DNA of 64,000 bases from Leptogorgia sarmentosa (GCA_964658305.1 OZ210885.1:22692001-22756000); one strand, 5' to 3'; shown: positions 1-12,677, counted from the stretch's first letter. Numbers and translations: made by a program. The notes: generated from the sequence alone by a model not told the origin.

Positions 1-3
1 CCG

Positions 4-173
4 ACGAGCGCTCAAAATTTCGAAAAACTTTCGGTTAGCATTGGTAGTTTAACACCCTCTGGTATATCTAGCACTTAGTTTATTTTAAAAACAAACTTTC
101 TTAGAATGCGAAATGTCATTACTGAAAGGCCCGTTAAAAACGGCTTGCGCAGAAAAAATAAGTTCCCCCCGGA
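4..173 (+). repeat. Interspersed repeat, second copy of the left arm of the Tc1/mariner-like element at 21325
   Basis: Near-identical to 21374-21533 (acgagcgctcaaaattt...aaaaaataagtt). Confidence 0.8.
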
Positions 174-269
174 GTTTACACTATGACTGAATGACTCGAT
201 GACTCGATTACCCGATGACTCGATGACTGATGTGAATTTTCCCCACTCATCACAATACTGCAAAGTTTC

Positions 270-910
270 TTTGAAACTTTGCACTAAAAAGGAACATCCC
301 TGGAGGAGTTGGCCCTAACACCCTTAGGTGACTTGGAAGATGACTTTCCAAGGGGACGTGGGAGAGCATACAGGATTGGCAGCGAAAAATCAAATGAGTA
401 ATAACACATTTTTCGGATGATATTATCGATGGCAGACCGGGCATTGATCGGTTTATATCGGATCATGCCGCTGTTGTCTGTCATCTTGCAGGTCCAACGT
501 CATTGAAATCGTATCGGAAAATAACTTATAGGAAGTTGAAGTCTGTGGACCGCGATGTTCTCAGGGAGGATCTGGCAGCTACATCACTGTGTACCTCCCG
601 TTATTGTGAGACGGAATATCGGCGAGACGAGAACAGCATTGATGCTTTGGCACATGAATACTACTTAACTCTCAAGAAATTGACTGATCGACATGCTCCA
701 CTAAAGACAAAGGTGCTTCGGGCGAGACCATCTGCTCCTTGGTATAATGCGGATATTAATGCAGCTAAGAGACGATGTAGGAAGGCTGAAAGGGTGTGGC
801 GGAAAAGCAAATCACTGGCTGACTTTACTGAGTTTAAGTCTTCTAGAAATCGTGTGACTTATTTAATAAACAAAGCAAAGAAAACATATTACACTGACTT
901 GATTGCGGAT
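270..910 (+). pseudogene. CR1/L2-group LINE ORF2 fragment (end of endonuclease plus EN-RT linker)
   Basis: SDH motif (tcggatcatgcc), then ORF 503-913 with 'HAPLKTK...PWYNADINAAKRRCRKAERVWRK', a typical EN-RT linker. Truncated at about 910. Confidence 0.7.
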
Positions 911-2026
911 TAATTTCTGCATAATTGGATATTTGCATTAATTACCAATGCAAATTGAAGCTAATTCCCAAAGGTCCGTAATTACGCGAAGAAATTGCGG
1001 AAAATCCAGTTTTCGGACATCGCACATTCGTCTCGGCGTGCACCAAATTTCTCAAAACTTGAATAGCTTGTATATCGTACTCCATATTTTCATCCGATTA
1101 ATTCAAATTGTGTGAAGAAAATGTCCCAATTTCTCTTGATGTGCGAAACTCCGTAGTGTACCGATGTCCTTTCAATTTTTAAGCAAAAATTATCCAGTTG
1201 TAACGTTATACTATTGTTCATCATTGTTTGCAGCTATTCGTATGGATAAGAAATTTAACTGGGGAAGTAATGTAATCTAAGATGCCTCGAGTTATAGTAC
1301 ACAATGCCGCAAAGCCCCTCCGGAATTTGGATTTTTGCGAAAATTGCAACTCAGCACGTGTTCGTGGGATGAAATATTTGTGTAATACAATATGGCGGAC
1401 GCTAAGGAGTGCGACATTGAATCAGTAATGTGGCCAAGTTTCAACAATGTTTGAACATTTTGCCAAAGCGGTTAAAATGTTATTTGAATATCTGCAATCT
1501 AGAAAACAAGTATGGGTTGTCATGAACAAAAATGGCCATAGCCCATACTATCAACTGCTGCCGTGGATATTATAAATGTGCAAACATTTTTTAGTTTGCC
1601 GTCTTTGCCTTGAGGGTACACTTAATGCAGTAACACAGTAAACTCGTCGCAACAAGAAAACCATAATTTTAAATCTTATTTAGTTCATACGATTGATATA
1701 TAATGGTCGATATATTCGCTTCACACATTTATTTGAACGTGTTTGTTTCCATTTGTTCTCGCCATAGTCGTTTTATTATTATACTGTGAGGGTCAAGAGG
1801 GTCAGAGGTCAGAGATTCAACAAAATAATGTCGAGCACGCGAAATTTGAACGTGCGGATTTCCTTTTTTGGCTATAAAATCTTTTAAATTATTTTATTAT
1901 ACTACATCAAGCTTTTCTTTGAGCTGATGTTACATGGAATGATTTTTAACGGCAATTCAACAACACAACAGGGCCGAACAGGCCGCCAAGCGACATTAGC
2001 TTTAGCTCGATATCTTCGTAGAAACT

Positions 2027-4548
2027 TTGCACTATCCTTGGATTCCTAGTTCCTCTTCCTCCTCCAGTAGTGAGGATGAAGCTGGTCAAGTGTGCAAGAA
2101 AGTCTGCACGTCTGCTCCTGCTCCTCCGAGTCCGTCAAACGCTAGCATGTGGCCGGAGTTCCCGAGCCCTCCTACTCCAACTGCCACTCTTGAGGCCATG
2201 GAGGCTGACGTGGACAAGTGCTTGAGTGGTGATACGGTCGTGGACCCTATCGTCGCTCACGAATCTGCACCTGCTCTTGCCTCTACTGAGCCAGCCGGAT
2301 CCCCGGAGCGTATGGATGATGCTCCCGTGCCTTGTCAGGCTGATGTGGACGATGATAATGCTGCTTTGCAGGATCCTCCTGCAGTGGATGTCTCGTCCCA
2401 ACAGTCTGAGTCATCCCTTGATCTTTTCGAGGCACTGGCAGCCATCCATGAAGACTCACTGTCTCGTCTTTGCATGACGAGACTTTGCAACTCTACTCCC
2501 AAGCGTGCATCTTTGACATGCACGACTTTTAGTGATCAGCTTCGTGCTGATCAACTCGAGGAGCTCCTTCTTGGTGAACTGCCCACTTCTGGGACATCAG
2601 ATTCCGATGGTGAGTCTGATGTCCATTAACATCAACGGTCTTAACGACCGTGTTAAACGAACCGCCCTGGTGGATTGGTTAAAGTGTATGAAGGTGGATG
2701 GAACCTACGCACCCCGACTTGTCTGGAACAGTATATTAGGGAATGTGAATACCATCCCTCCTTATCGGATCATCAATACTTGCTGGTCAAGTTACAATTT
2801 GGTGATCGTATTGCTAGTGGTCCTGGAGTGTGGAAGTTTAATACTTCCCTCCTGGACGACAAAACCTATTGCGCCCTTGTCACTTCTTTTTGGTCCTTCT
2901 GGCAGGCCCATTATACACCTGAGGCCTTTCCCTCCATTTTGGATTGGTGGGACCAAGGGAAGTTCTACCTTTAGAGAAGTGACACGCAATTTTAGTCGGT
3001 CAAAGGAGCTGGACCGGCGTGAACATAAATCCTTTCTGACCAAGCAAATGCACAGACTGCAACGTCTTTTTGAAGCAGGGGATACCTCTGCATTCGCTAA
3101 GCTTTGTGAGGTACAGGAAGAGCTCCGAGGCATTGCTTTGCATGAAGCTAGAGGGGCACAAGTTCGTGCTCGCTGTCAGTGCGCTGAGGAGGGGGAAACT
3201 TCCTCCTCCTTTTTTCTCAATTTAGCCACTAAGCGACATGCAAAGCAGGAGATGCACTCCATTCGAGACCCTGACACCGGTTCCGTGCGCCACAACCCTT
3301 TTGAGATCTTAGACGTCTGGCGGCGGTATTACACCGGACTCTTTACTGCAGCACCCTGCGATACATCTGCTCAGGATGAGATGCTGTCAAAGCTGTCTCG
3401 TCGCCTTAGTAAGGAGGAACGTGCGTGTTGTGAGGGTCTTCTCTCTTTAGAGGAGTGCTTTACTGCCTTATCTGGTATGGCTAGAGGAAAGACTCCGGGT
3501 TCCGATGGCTTTCCCATGGAGTTTTACCTCAAGTTTTGCTCATGCCTTGGCGCTGATCTGGTTCGCGTCCTCAACGTTGCTTACGAGGCCGGCCAGCATT
3601 CCACCTCTCAGCTTCGAGGTCTGATCATAGTACTATACAAAAAGAATGACCGCTTGGAGACAAAGAACTGGCGGCCGATTAGTCTGCTCAATGCAGAGTA
3701 TAAAATAGCTACTCACGCTATTTCAGGTCGTCTCCTAGCCGTCATCGGGTCTGTTGTAGGGCCAGATTGGACATGCGGTGTTCCAGGCCGTACCATCTCA
3801 GAGAACCTCTTTCTGATCCGTGATCTAATTGAGTATGTGGAGCATGAGGACATCCCCCTCACTCTGCTCTCTTTGGATCAAGAAAAAGCATTTGATCGGG
3901 TCAATTGGGGTTTTCTTTTGCGGACTCTGGACACCATGAATTTTGGTCCGGATTTCTGCCGATGGGTAAAATTGTTTTACTCCGACGTTGAATCGGCTGT
4001 TGTTATTAATGGCTGGACCTTCTCCTTTTTTCGCCCTTCACGGGGTGTGCGGCAGGGTTGTCCACTTTCTCCACTATTGTACGTTCTGTCGATTGAGGTG
4101 TTAGCGGCTAACATCCGCTCTGCCCCAGGTATTACTGGTGTTTTTCTCCCTCAATCGCTGGAACAGTTTAAATGCTTTGGGTATGCCAACGATACGACGA
4201 TTGCTCCTACTATGGAAGAATCGATCGAGGCCACCTTCGAGGTATATTCTCAGTTTGAGAAAGCCTTGGGTGCTCGTCTGAATCGCGGCAAATCTAAGGG
4301 CATGTGGCTGGGCTCCTGGAAGCACCGTACCGATACCCCTCATGGTATCCAGTGGGTTAAAGAACTCCCATTACTTGGTGCAACCTTCAGTGCCGCTGAC
4401 TATAGTCAGCCGACCTTCGAGCCAGCCGTTTCCAAGTTGGAGAAACGTTTGTCAGACTGGTCTGGACGCAAACTGTCCTTTGAGGGCAAGGCCACAATTA
4501 TCAACACCTTGGCCTTGTCCCGGATATGGCACTTGTGTCACGTCCTTT
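2027..4548 (+). mobile_element. Degenerate Tx1/L1-clade LINE: ORF1 C-terminus (to 2629) and ORF2 from ATG 2607, with partly deleted APE endonuclease and an RT domain
   Basis: Motifs 'SININGLND', 'SDHQ', 'GPGVWKFNTSLL', 'EEGETSSSFF', 'KTPGSDG', 'WRPISLLN', 'LDQEKAFDRV', 'GVRQGCPLSP'. The catalytic YADD is mutated to YAND. Frameshifts present; homology stops abruptly at about 4548. Confidence 0.9.
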
Positions 4549-5025
4549 TAAAGAAAAAGAGCCAGGGAACGGATATGTTGGCCCACCGACCTCAATCCGC
4601 AACACGGAATGCAAAAAAAGAACCTAATAGACCACCGACCTTTGAGTTGTCCCCAAACAGACTCCTCGACAGGTCACACACAAGAAGAGCTATTACCCAC
4701 TAGCTAATAAAAACAATAAAAAACACTGTAATGGGCGGCCCTATGCTGTGTCGCGTGCTAACCGCGCAACAAACAGTAGGAAAGACTACCAATCGAGTTC
4801 CAAAGAACCAGAAAAGCAGTCCAAAAGAAAACGAATGGACTAACTGCTACCTTGACACCTATCCAAGTAGGCCGGCCAGACAGCGGGAAGACAGAACAAA
4901 GAAGAAGGCGTGTCTGCAAAAAGAACTGCAGCTAGTTGTAAACCTTGCGAGCAGAGTTACAGGTCCATGTTCCTGAGCATAGATCCTCTACTGCAAGGGT
5001 GAAGAACCTGACACGACAAAGACGG
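4549..5025 (-). mobile_element. Non-coding element with a Tx1-like 3'UTR, fused directly after U1 nt 17
   Basis: 4587-4636 resembles the 3'UTR of the Tx1 at 18617-18661 (cgacc(t)caatccg..aacc(t)aata..gaccacc). T-rich on the minus strand, no recognisable ORF, several stems. Confidence 0.55.
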
Positions 5026-5042
5026 TCGCGTCAGGTAAGTAT
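5026..5042 (-). ncRNA. U1: U1 snRNA 5' fragment (nt 1-17), disrupted gene copy
   Basis: Minus strand ATACTTACCTGACGCGA is identical to the U1 start at 17200-17184 and has the same upstream flank. Confidence 0.9.
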
Positions 5043-5478
5043 GACTTCATGGCGCATACAATTACCTTTTATACGCTGCAACCGTGAGGAATGCTTGTGG
5101 AATGAATGCATGGGGATGAGTTTGTCTGTCGATAGATGGATCGATTGATCTCTCGGACTGCACCGTGTTTGCACATTCCGACAATTCTCGACCCGCATAT
5201 TCAATATGAGTTTACAAAAAATTCCATGAATGTAAATCTCATGAACAGCGATGCTGTTTTGTTGGCCAACGAGCTACGCAAGACTATTATAACATGAATG
5301 TGTTAGGCTGCTCACCATGCAAGTATAAATTCGTGGTCGGTCATCCGCAATGAATGCGTCATATATACGTATTTCCTGCCAAATCGCGATGATCAATCTG
5401 TAAGGGCAAGAATAATTTGTTAGAGTTTTGAACTGATAGTGAGTGAGAAATTTTCCCCCAATAATGAAATTGGGGAAA
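5043..5478 (-). repeat. U2-to-U1 intergenic spacer of the snRNA array, containing the presumptive U1 promoter
   Basis: Highly similar to 17201-18114 once the insertion at about 17536-17979 is removed. Lies between a U2 3' end and a U1 start in both copies. Confidence 0.85.
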
Positions 5479-5650
5479 GTGGGCCGTACTCAGCGGTAGT
5501 GCAATACCGAGACAAAAATCCGATGGCCAAGGCGAAGCAAGCTTCAATCCTATGGCCGAGGTCCAAAAATCAGTTTAATTATATGAGTTAGGACATTGCC
5601 TAACATATCAGATATTAAGCTGATAAGAACAGATACTACCCTTGATCTTA
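5479..5650 (-). ncRNA. U2: U2 snRNA gene from nt 22 to the 3' end, 5' end displaced by a retroelement
   Basis: Minus strand TAAGATCAAG(G)GTAGTATCTGTTCTTATCAGCTTAATATCTGATA, Sm site GATTTTTGG, stem-loop IV with ATTGCAC loop. Confidence 0.95.
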
Positions 5651-7250
5651 TTTTGTTTAATAAATCGTTTTAACTATTTACAAAAGGCGTAACGTGCAAT
5701 GCCTGTAAGTCAAAGCTCTGGAAAGATCATGCTCGTCTAGTCCAGCTAGTGATACAAGTCTGGCTTGAAGCCCACAAAACTAAAAAACAAGTGCTCGGCA
5801 CCTGCTAGTCCTCATAACTAATGTAAGTTCTGTCCAGAATCGCACCAAAAATGGCTTCGCGAGTCTCATCGTTCAATCCTCGTATACACTCTGGGTGGGT
5901 AGAAGCAAAGAATACCTCGTAAGCGGCTAAGGTATCCGGTGGCAGGTTATCAATTGGGGCTTTCGCATCCGGCAGGGTTTCGGGAAAGTCCTTGTACTTG
6001 CTCCGGGCCTCCATGTATGTGCGCACGAGATTGTAACGGCTGTATGGAATATCGGTTGTCGTGGTACCAGGGGGAAGAACCGGTGTCAGGAGAGCGGAGG
6101 AAGACAAATCCACACAGTCACTGGGCCACTGGAGGGAACGAAGGTCTGCCACGGCCTGCTCATCCAGTTGGAGAGCTTTTTGCCAGGTGGGATGACGCAA
6201 CGATAGAGTTTTCTCATACTTTGGCCGTAACTCCGAAGGAATGCGGCGATACACAGCTGTAAACTGTTCATGATCAGCTGCAGTTGCTTTGGCACCCAAA
6301 ACATCATCCCGGACACATTCACGTTCGTAGACCTCATAAGGAGGAATATCCGTTCGATCCTTCTTTGAAGGATTTACAACATCGGAACCCGGAAACTGTC
6401 GCTTGCCAGTATCAGGGTTAACAGGTGTCGACGTCGAGGAAACATCATCCATTTGGAGATCAACCACAGAAGAATCACTTGCAGGAGATTCAGGTGACGG
6501 GGGATCAACCAATACGGAGCGAGGGTTGACATCAACAGCCGCGGGGCGCTTTTCAGAAGCTACAGCCGACGTCTGAACTGCCGGCTCACCAACAATGCGG
6601 GACGTAGGGGCTCCACTGGTCTTCTTGAAGGGGCTGTTTCGCGAGATATTACCGGTCTGCTCACATCGAAAGCATTGCTGCACTTGGCCACGGTAGAATA
6701 CGTTCACTGGATAGTTAGCAATGGTAAGACGTGAAGGAATCGGTTTGCGTATCTCCATTTTGACCAAGTATACTGATATACCGATGCCATGTACCAGTTC
6801 TCGACGTATCTTCAAGACGTCACCATAATCGGACAACCGAGACTTAATGGCATTTTCTGTGGTGCCATACATCACACAGTTTAATTTGATCCATTGGGTG
6901 TTGGGCGCCGGGACCAATTTGACAGGATGGGAGCGGAAGGTAAGACCAGAGTGCAGTAAAGCTTCAGCCTGGCGACTATCGGAACAATGCATCACGAACG
7001 TGGATGCATCAGATTGCATAACATTCTCAATTTTTTTGTTGAGGCGTGGGGGACTTGGCGAAGGAAGTCGGAGAGCATTTCCTTCAGAGTAACAGGAGTC
7101 GTTGCCGCAGTTTCCATAACGGCGTCAGGAATCGTGCCCACCAGGGCTCTTGCGGCGAAAGGGATAGCAGCCATATGACCGAAGACCACCAAAAGCGAGC
7201 AGGAACACGAAACTGCTCGCGACGCACGCGTGTTCTCCACGAATTTCTGG
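5651..7250 (-). mobile_element. ORF1-only (HAL1-like) Tx1-type retroelement with its 3' end joined to U2 nt 22; 5' boundary approximate
   Basis: One gag-like ORF, then about 155 nt of 3'UTR ending ATTAAACAAAA|TAAGATCAAG. No EN or RT sequence. Confidence 0.75.
5805..7174 (-). pseudogene. Tx1-type ORF1 (RRM-like region plus CCHC knuckle), one frameshift near 7030
   Basis: ATG at 7174 (MAAIPFAARALVG), shifting into ORF 7019-5805 with 'LSDYGDVLKIRRE', 'KPIPSRLTIANYPVNVFYRGQVQQCFRCEQTGNISRNSP' (decayed CX2CX4HX4C). Confidence 0.8.
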
Positions 7251-7702
7251 CGATTTTTTGGCAGGCGCACGTGGCGCTTTTCCCCGACCTACCTTGGTTC
7301 GCGACCGATTTGCGAATGGCAAATGACCAACATGCATTGAGTTGAACGAAGCGCGTCCGGTTGCGCTTCGGTTGGAGAAATGACGAGTGCATTTGAATTG
7401 GAAATGGTTGTTTAACATAAGTCTAGTATAAAATGCATGATCGGTTGGCAGCGCGTGTATCGATTGACTCATTCATTCATTCCGTGTGACGTGCCTACAA
7501 CAAGGTGTGAGTAATCCAATATTGATTGCATGGTTATGTATTAGTTTCGAATGACCGCGATGTAGTATCGAGTTACATGTGCGGCCTGCAGTGTGAAGAG
7601 CACATAGAATTGTTGTCCCTTCAATAAACTAGGATGCCGACCCGACGACATTTGTAATATCAGTTTTGAGTATTGGAAGTGAGAATAATAAGATGAGGAT
7701 AA

Positions 7703-7842
7703 AGGGGACGAGTGCGAACGCAGGTCCCCACTACCAGAAATTATACGTTCGAGTTACCCACATTAGGGGTAATCGCAGGAGTCAACCCAGTCGAAGTGCA
7801 ATGAAAGGGCCTCATCCTGAGAGGACCTCCTAGTTGATCAAG
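7703..7842 (-). ncRNA. U1: U1 snRNA 3' portion (nt 25-164 including the TSD copy), split by the MULE
   Basis: Minus strand has the SLII loop CATTGCACTTCG, SLIII, Sm site AATTTCTGG and SLIV GGGGACCTGCGTTCGCACTCGTCCCC. Joined to 17200-17167 it gives a U1 of about 164 nt. Confidence 0.95.
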
Positions 7843-8095
7843 GGTTGTGGTTAAAGGGGATGGACGAGAGGTAGGTGACCGTGTGAGGTCTGGGTCTAGT
7901 TGCGTGTTTGCTTCGTGTTCGTGGTACACGCGAGAACAGATTACTTTAGGAAAATTTGGAATTTTCCAAACATTCTCGCAGTTCAGATATTAATATAAAA
8001 TAAAGATGATTTTTCGGTAAATTCGTATCAGCAACAGCAGCTACAGCAATTTATAGTACTTTATGGAGACGCGGAAAGGTATATAATTATAATAT

Positions 8096-8780
8096 TAAGG
8101 ACTTATTAACCGAGTGTGAGGTCTGTACGGGAAAGTATTGCCTGAGGGTTTTCGTACAGACCGAGCGACGAAAGAGCGAGGTCTGTGCGTTAAAAACAGA
8201 AGGCAATACTTTCCCGTACAGACAGAGCAAATGAGGTTAATAAGGGATTTATTATATGGCTTTGTTCGATCACAATTTGTTCTGACATTGTAGAAAGAAC
8301 TAGAAAACACTTTCGATGCTAAAACGTTCAGCCGTATACACTGGCCTACTGAATGGCGGTTTCTGGCCGTTCACTGCTGTACAACAACAAAACAATAAAA
8401 ATACAACAAAGGAAAAAATTGAATAAAAAAATACAATGTAAATGTCGCGATAAACAACAAATGTTCGATGCGAAATGAAGCCATTAAGTGCTGCGAAAAC
8501 AATGTTCGCAACAGTTTTCGAACTGTTGTTTTGTTTGCCGTTATTTTCACTTTAAAACTCAGCATTTTGGATCGTGTGTTTTTCTGGGACAGCAAAATTC
8601 AATCGGGGATTGTTCTTCAACGTCACCGTACGGCATAATAAGATTTAGTTTCCTTAAAAATTTTATTTGTATAATAGTTTCACGAGCGGGCAAGATGACT
8701 TTCCTGAGCGGGCAAGATGACTTTTTCCGGACCGCTAATCAACCAATCAGCGTGCGGCATTTATGTCAGCCATATAATAA
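8096..8780. mobile_element. Non-autonomous element with a palindrome at one end (8096-8250), family uncertain
   Basis: Inverted arms gtctgtacgggaaagtattgcct / aggcaatactttcccgtacagac. Ends cagccatataataa. Flanked by the direct repeat TATAATAT at 8088-8095 and 8781-8788. Confidence 0.65.
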
Positions 8781-11278
8781 TATAATATATAAATGTATAT
8801 AATATGAACTTTATTATCGCTACGTGTATTTAAATTACAAAGCTGTTAGCCTGTTATGAGATTATGAAAGACTTGATTCTGATTGCAACATTTTGTTCAA
8901 TTAATGTATGTGGGAACATTGTGAGCACTTTGTTTTGAAGGCACTCATGCAAATGACTTCTCATTTGTGACTGGTCAAACATCACATTCTTTAAACAAAT
9001 CCCTTTTGCTAAGGCAAGAGCATTTGCAATTGCAAAAAGACCACAATCATTTTTTCCTTTCTGGTTCTGACACATATATGCCTTCACCCTAACTGGTTGA
9101 AGCCCATCTTTGTTCTGGCCATAAACGTGTAGGAGTTGACAAGCAAGCTTTGAAGAAATTGATGGCTCCATTGAGTCATACACTGTTATTCCTCCATTAG
9201 ATGCACTTGATACAACCCAGTGCATGTTGCCAGAATGGTGTATTTGGATACTTGTACCACACTCTGATGTTATTGGAAGAGATTTTCTACTGGCCACTTG
9301 TAATGAATTTGCTAAACCCTCTACATTTGGGAACTGTTGGCGTATAAGATCTTGTGCAGAGTTCATGATACTGTCATTTAGCCATGCATGACTGCTTTGT
9401 AATATCTTCTCGTCTTCCTTGTGTAGCCCTAGTGAGGAAACCCACAATGCATCACTACTGGATTTTTCTGCACTGCTGCCTTGATTTGTTAAGTCAATTA
9501 TGTTTTTTGATGGTTTTGTTGTGGATGAACTTGCAGGAATTTTTTTTATAGGAACATTTACTCTGTATTGCTTCCTCATAATTTCTGCATGACGCCCAAC
9601 TCGTTTGGCGAATGGATGACAAGGTTTACCATATCTTCTTTCAGGGAGGCAATCTTTAACATCTTTTTTCACTTTCTTAGCTTTTTTTGACATCTTCATA
9701 TTTTCCTCTCCCTTCATTGTAGATACTGCTAACTTTCTTTTCTTTCCCTTTTTCTGACAATCTTCATGTTCCAAAACAATGCCATCATCTGATTTCACCA
9801 GTTGTTCAGTTTCTTGAAACATCTGTTGAAGTTGACCTTCAAGTTTCTCAAGGCTTGGCACATCCTTCAGCAAATAAGTCAGTCCGTTCAACTTCTTTAA
9901 AATAACTCTACATTTAGCCTGCATGAGTTTTCTGGTTGTTTTTCTTCTCGGTGGAAGATCTTGTGTCTTACCATGATTGTTCAAATCTTTTTCAGCTTCA
10001 ATTGCACTTTCTGTGGTTGTACTAGTTGTGGTAATTTCTGATGCCAAGCTGGATTGCTTGAAGTGAAGAATAACAAAATACAAATTAGAATGTACTATTC
10101 TTCTATACTACTCTTCTGAATCCATTGACTGTTGGGTATGGTATAGGTTTGAAGTTCAATGCCATCTTAGATTTTTTGCCAGATGATTTGTAACTGACAG
10201 AAATAGAACATTATAATTAATTAAAGGGACAAGCTGATACCATTTTGTTCTAATAAGTGTGCTTGTAGTTTGTAAAGGAGTGCTGATATTACAAAACAAT
10301 GTACACTAACTGCATGAGAGCAAGGAAATTAAATTAAATCTGTAGCTGCCTTTTATTGACAGTTACTTTCAAAGACAATGCTGCAGTACTATAAACAAGT
10401 TTTAATAAAAATTACTCTCACTCTGATAATTACAGGTCAATGATATTCCTCTGTATTACATTGTAAATGCTGTTCATGCACAACTTACCTGTTCTTGTTC
10501 CTGATAATTGTCTGGGCAGTCTCCGGGTTTGGTTTAGACAGACCTCATCTAAATTTAATATGGAGAGGCTTTTGTACAGCGGACTCAAATCATTCCATCT
10601 TTGTTCTGTATTTTTGAAGACAGCACAAAAATGTTTGCACAGAAGCTTGGTTTTGTTCCAGTCTGCACACTGGCAACTTGGATGGCTTGATTCATCTCCA
10701 AAACTAACAGTGTACCACTTGCTGGGGGTTGTTGTACTCTGAACAGAGTATTTTCCTTCTCCCATTTTTCTGATATTCTCGCTTGTGTACCAGCAATCTT
10801 TCCATCTTTTCAAAACATGGGCTACAACAAATCTTGGTCTGTTCTTCAAAAACTCTGGAATATCTTCGTTGTACTTTCGATAGCCTGACGAATACTGGAC
10901 GTTCAATGAGACATATCTGTGAACAATGGTGGTGAATTTTAATTAGGAGATCTGATTAGAAGGACAGGGCTTGTCCTTTGTATGTTTTTCTAGTAGTTGC
11001 ACGGCTAAAGCCTTAGATCCTTTAAAACTGTTATAAAGATTTCCACAACGATGATTATGAATATGCACTTACTTCAAATAAGAGTCAGGCAGAAAGTTTT
11101 CAATGACGACATTCAGCATTTCACTCAGAGAGCAATTTTTGTAGCCAAGCAGATATTCATACTTTAATGCTTCGTTCTGACGCTCTACTCCATTATTTGT
11201 GTGGACTGCTATCTCCATGTCTTCGATACGGAATGCTTGTACCCATCTCTAAAGAATGCAAAATAGACGTCGAACGAA

Positions 11279-11384
11279 TTCAGACGTCGAACTTTCCATG
11301 CGCCGAACCTTATGTTAATGAGCTAAGTTCTTTGTTTGAGCTCATTTGCATTAGGTTCGGCACATGAAAAGTTCGACATCTGAA
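11279..11384. mobile_element. Small palindromic MITE in a MULE intron
   Basis: Inverted arms ttcagacgtcgaactttccatgcgccgaacct / aggttcggcacatgaaaagttcgacatctgaa. Confidence 0.7.
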
Positions 11385-11434
11385 CTAGGCTCTAGGCTTC
11401 AAAAGCTGCTGCATCAAGTAAATTGGAGAGTAAC

Positions 11435-12677
11435 CAGGGGCGGATCCAGGGTTAGACATGACCGGTTTGTAGGGGGGTCCGGGGGTATCCTCCCCCGGAA
11501 AATTTTTGAAAATTAGTGCTCTAAAACAGCATTTCCTGCTTTTTGGGGGGACTAGTTTGACAATATCAGCGATATGAAAATGCACCTTTTTAATACAATG
11601 CTCTGCCATTAAAATATTTGATCCGGTAGCGAGGCATGAATGATAATTGGTACGACACCACAGAATATAATTTAGTGCTCTTTGACGCATCGATATTAGT
11701 TATCAATAGAACAAGTACAGCTAGCTTCAATATAGACATAGTTGGCATTTCAGATCGACAGTTCTACATGTTATCAAACCAAATTTAAAATGAACAAACA
11801 GCTGAACAAAATTGTATTTAAGCTGGAAGGACTGCTTAGTCAGAATCACGCATTTCCTAATGCGATGTCGCCAACGCAATGACACAACAATCAAACAAAT
11901 CTATACAAATCTATGTGCATTTTTCGCGCTATAAGTACACTTACATATTAGGTCACAAGAAACGTTGACGCATCGATGTATGTTATGCTCATAGAACAGA
12001 TAAACACAATTATTTAATATATAATTTTAAACAAACCTTTAAAAGAAACAAGAACCCATGTAAATGCACAAAAGCTTTCATATAAACCATTTCCTCATTC
12101 ATAGTTGCCAACACAAATATTCTGCCACGCAAAATTATAAACATATTTCGCGCGTCCTCGAGTTCTGTTAACCCTCTTACCCAGTTTTTTTTCAGACTGC
12201 TCGATTCACAGGTTTATGACCGGTTTACATCCGCCGATGCGCTGCCGTTTAGCCAATCAAAAGGCGTAGCGACCGGTTTATTCTCATTAGGAAAACTCTG
12301 ACCACCGGTTTACACACAACTGCAGGCGTCTATATGACTATATTTGTTTCAGGTCGCGTTTACTGACCACAACCCACAACGATATATCAGCACTTGCTAC
12401 AACTACAGTATTTCGTAAGCGGAAACAAATGCGATAATCTTCAAGTGGGGTTGTACGTCAATAATTTAAAATCGCAAGGTCATATAAATGATGTAATCCA
12501 TGATCAAATTTCATGCTGCATTTAAATAGCATACGTAGTAAGTTATATATCACACTTTTTGTGAAAGAAATTGTCCTCAATTAAGGCCAAAAACAATATA
12601 ATAATTCAGAATTCTCTTTCTCTGGAAAATCTGACAGGTTTACATAAACCTGTTAAACCTGTCTGAATCCACCCCTG
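11435..12677. mobile_element. Non-autonomous hAT-type element with a 6-bp TSD
   Basis: Termini CAGGGGCGGATCCAG and CTGAATCCACCCCTG. Direct repeat AGTAAC at 11429-11434 and 12678-12683. Internal accggtt repeats. Confidence 0.75.

Noticed and set aside
2532..4703. Intact 723-aa reverse transcriptase gene
   Set aside because: A composite frame: the endonuclease is mostly deleted, part is out of frame, YADD is mutated, and the last ~50 aa are read-through into unrelated sequence.
7186..7210. Missing U2 nt 1-21 at the 5' junction of the ORF1-only element
   Set aside because: Minus-strand CTGCTCGCTTTTGG only weakly resembles ATCGCTTCTCGGCCTTTTGGC, too little to call.
7250..7700. 5S rRNA gene in the array spacer
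   Set aside because: No recognisable 5S sequence or internal promoter boxes were seen on either strand.
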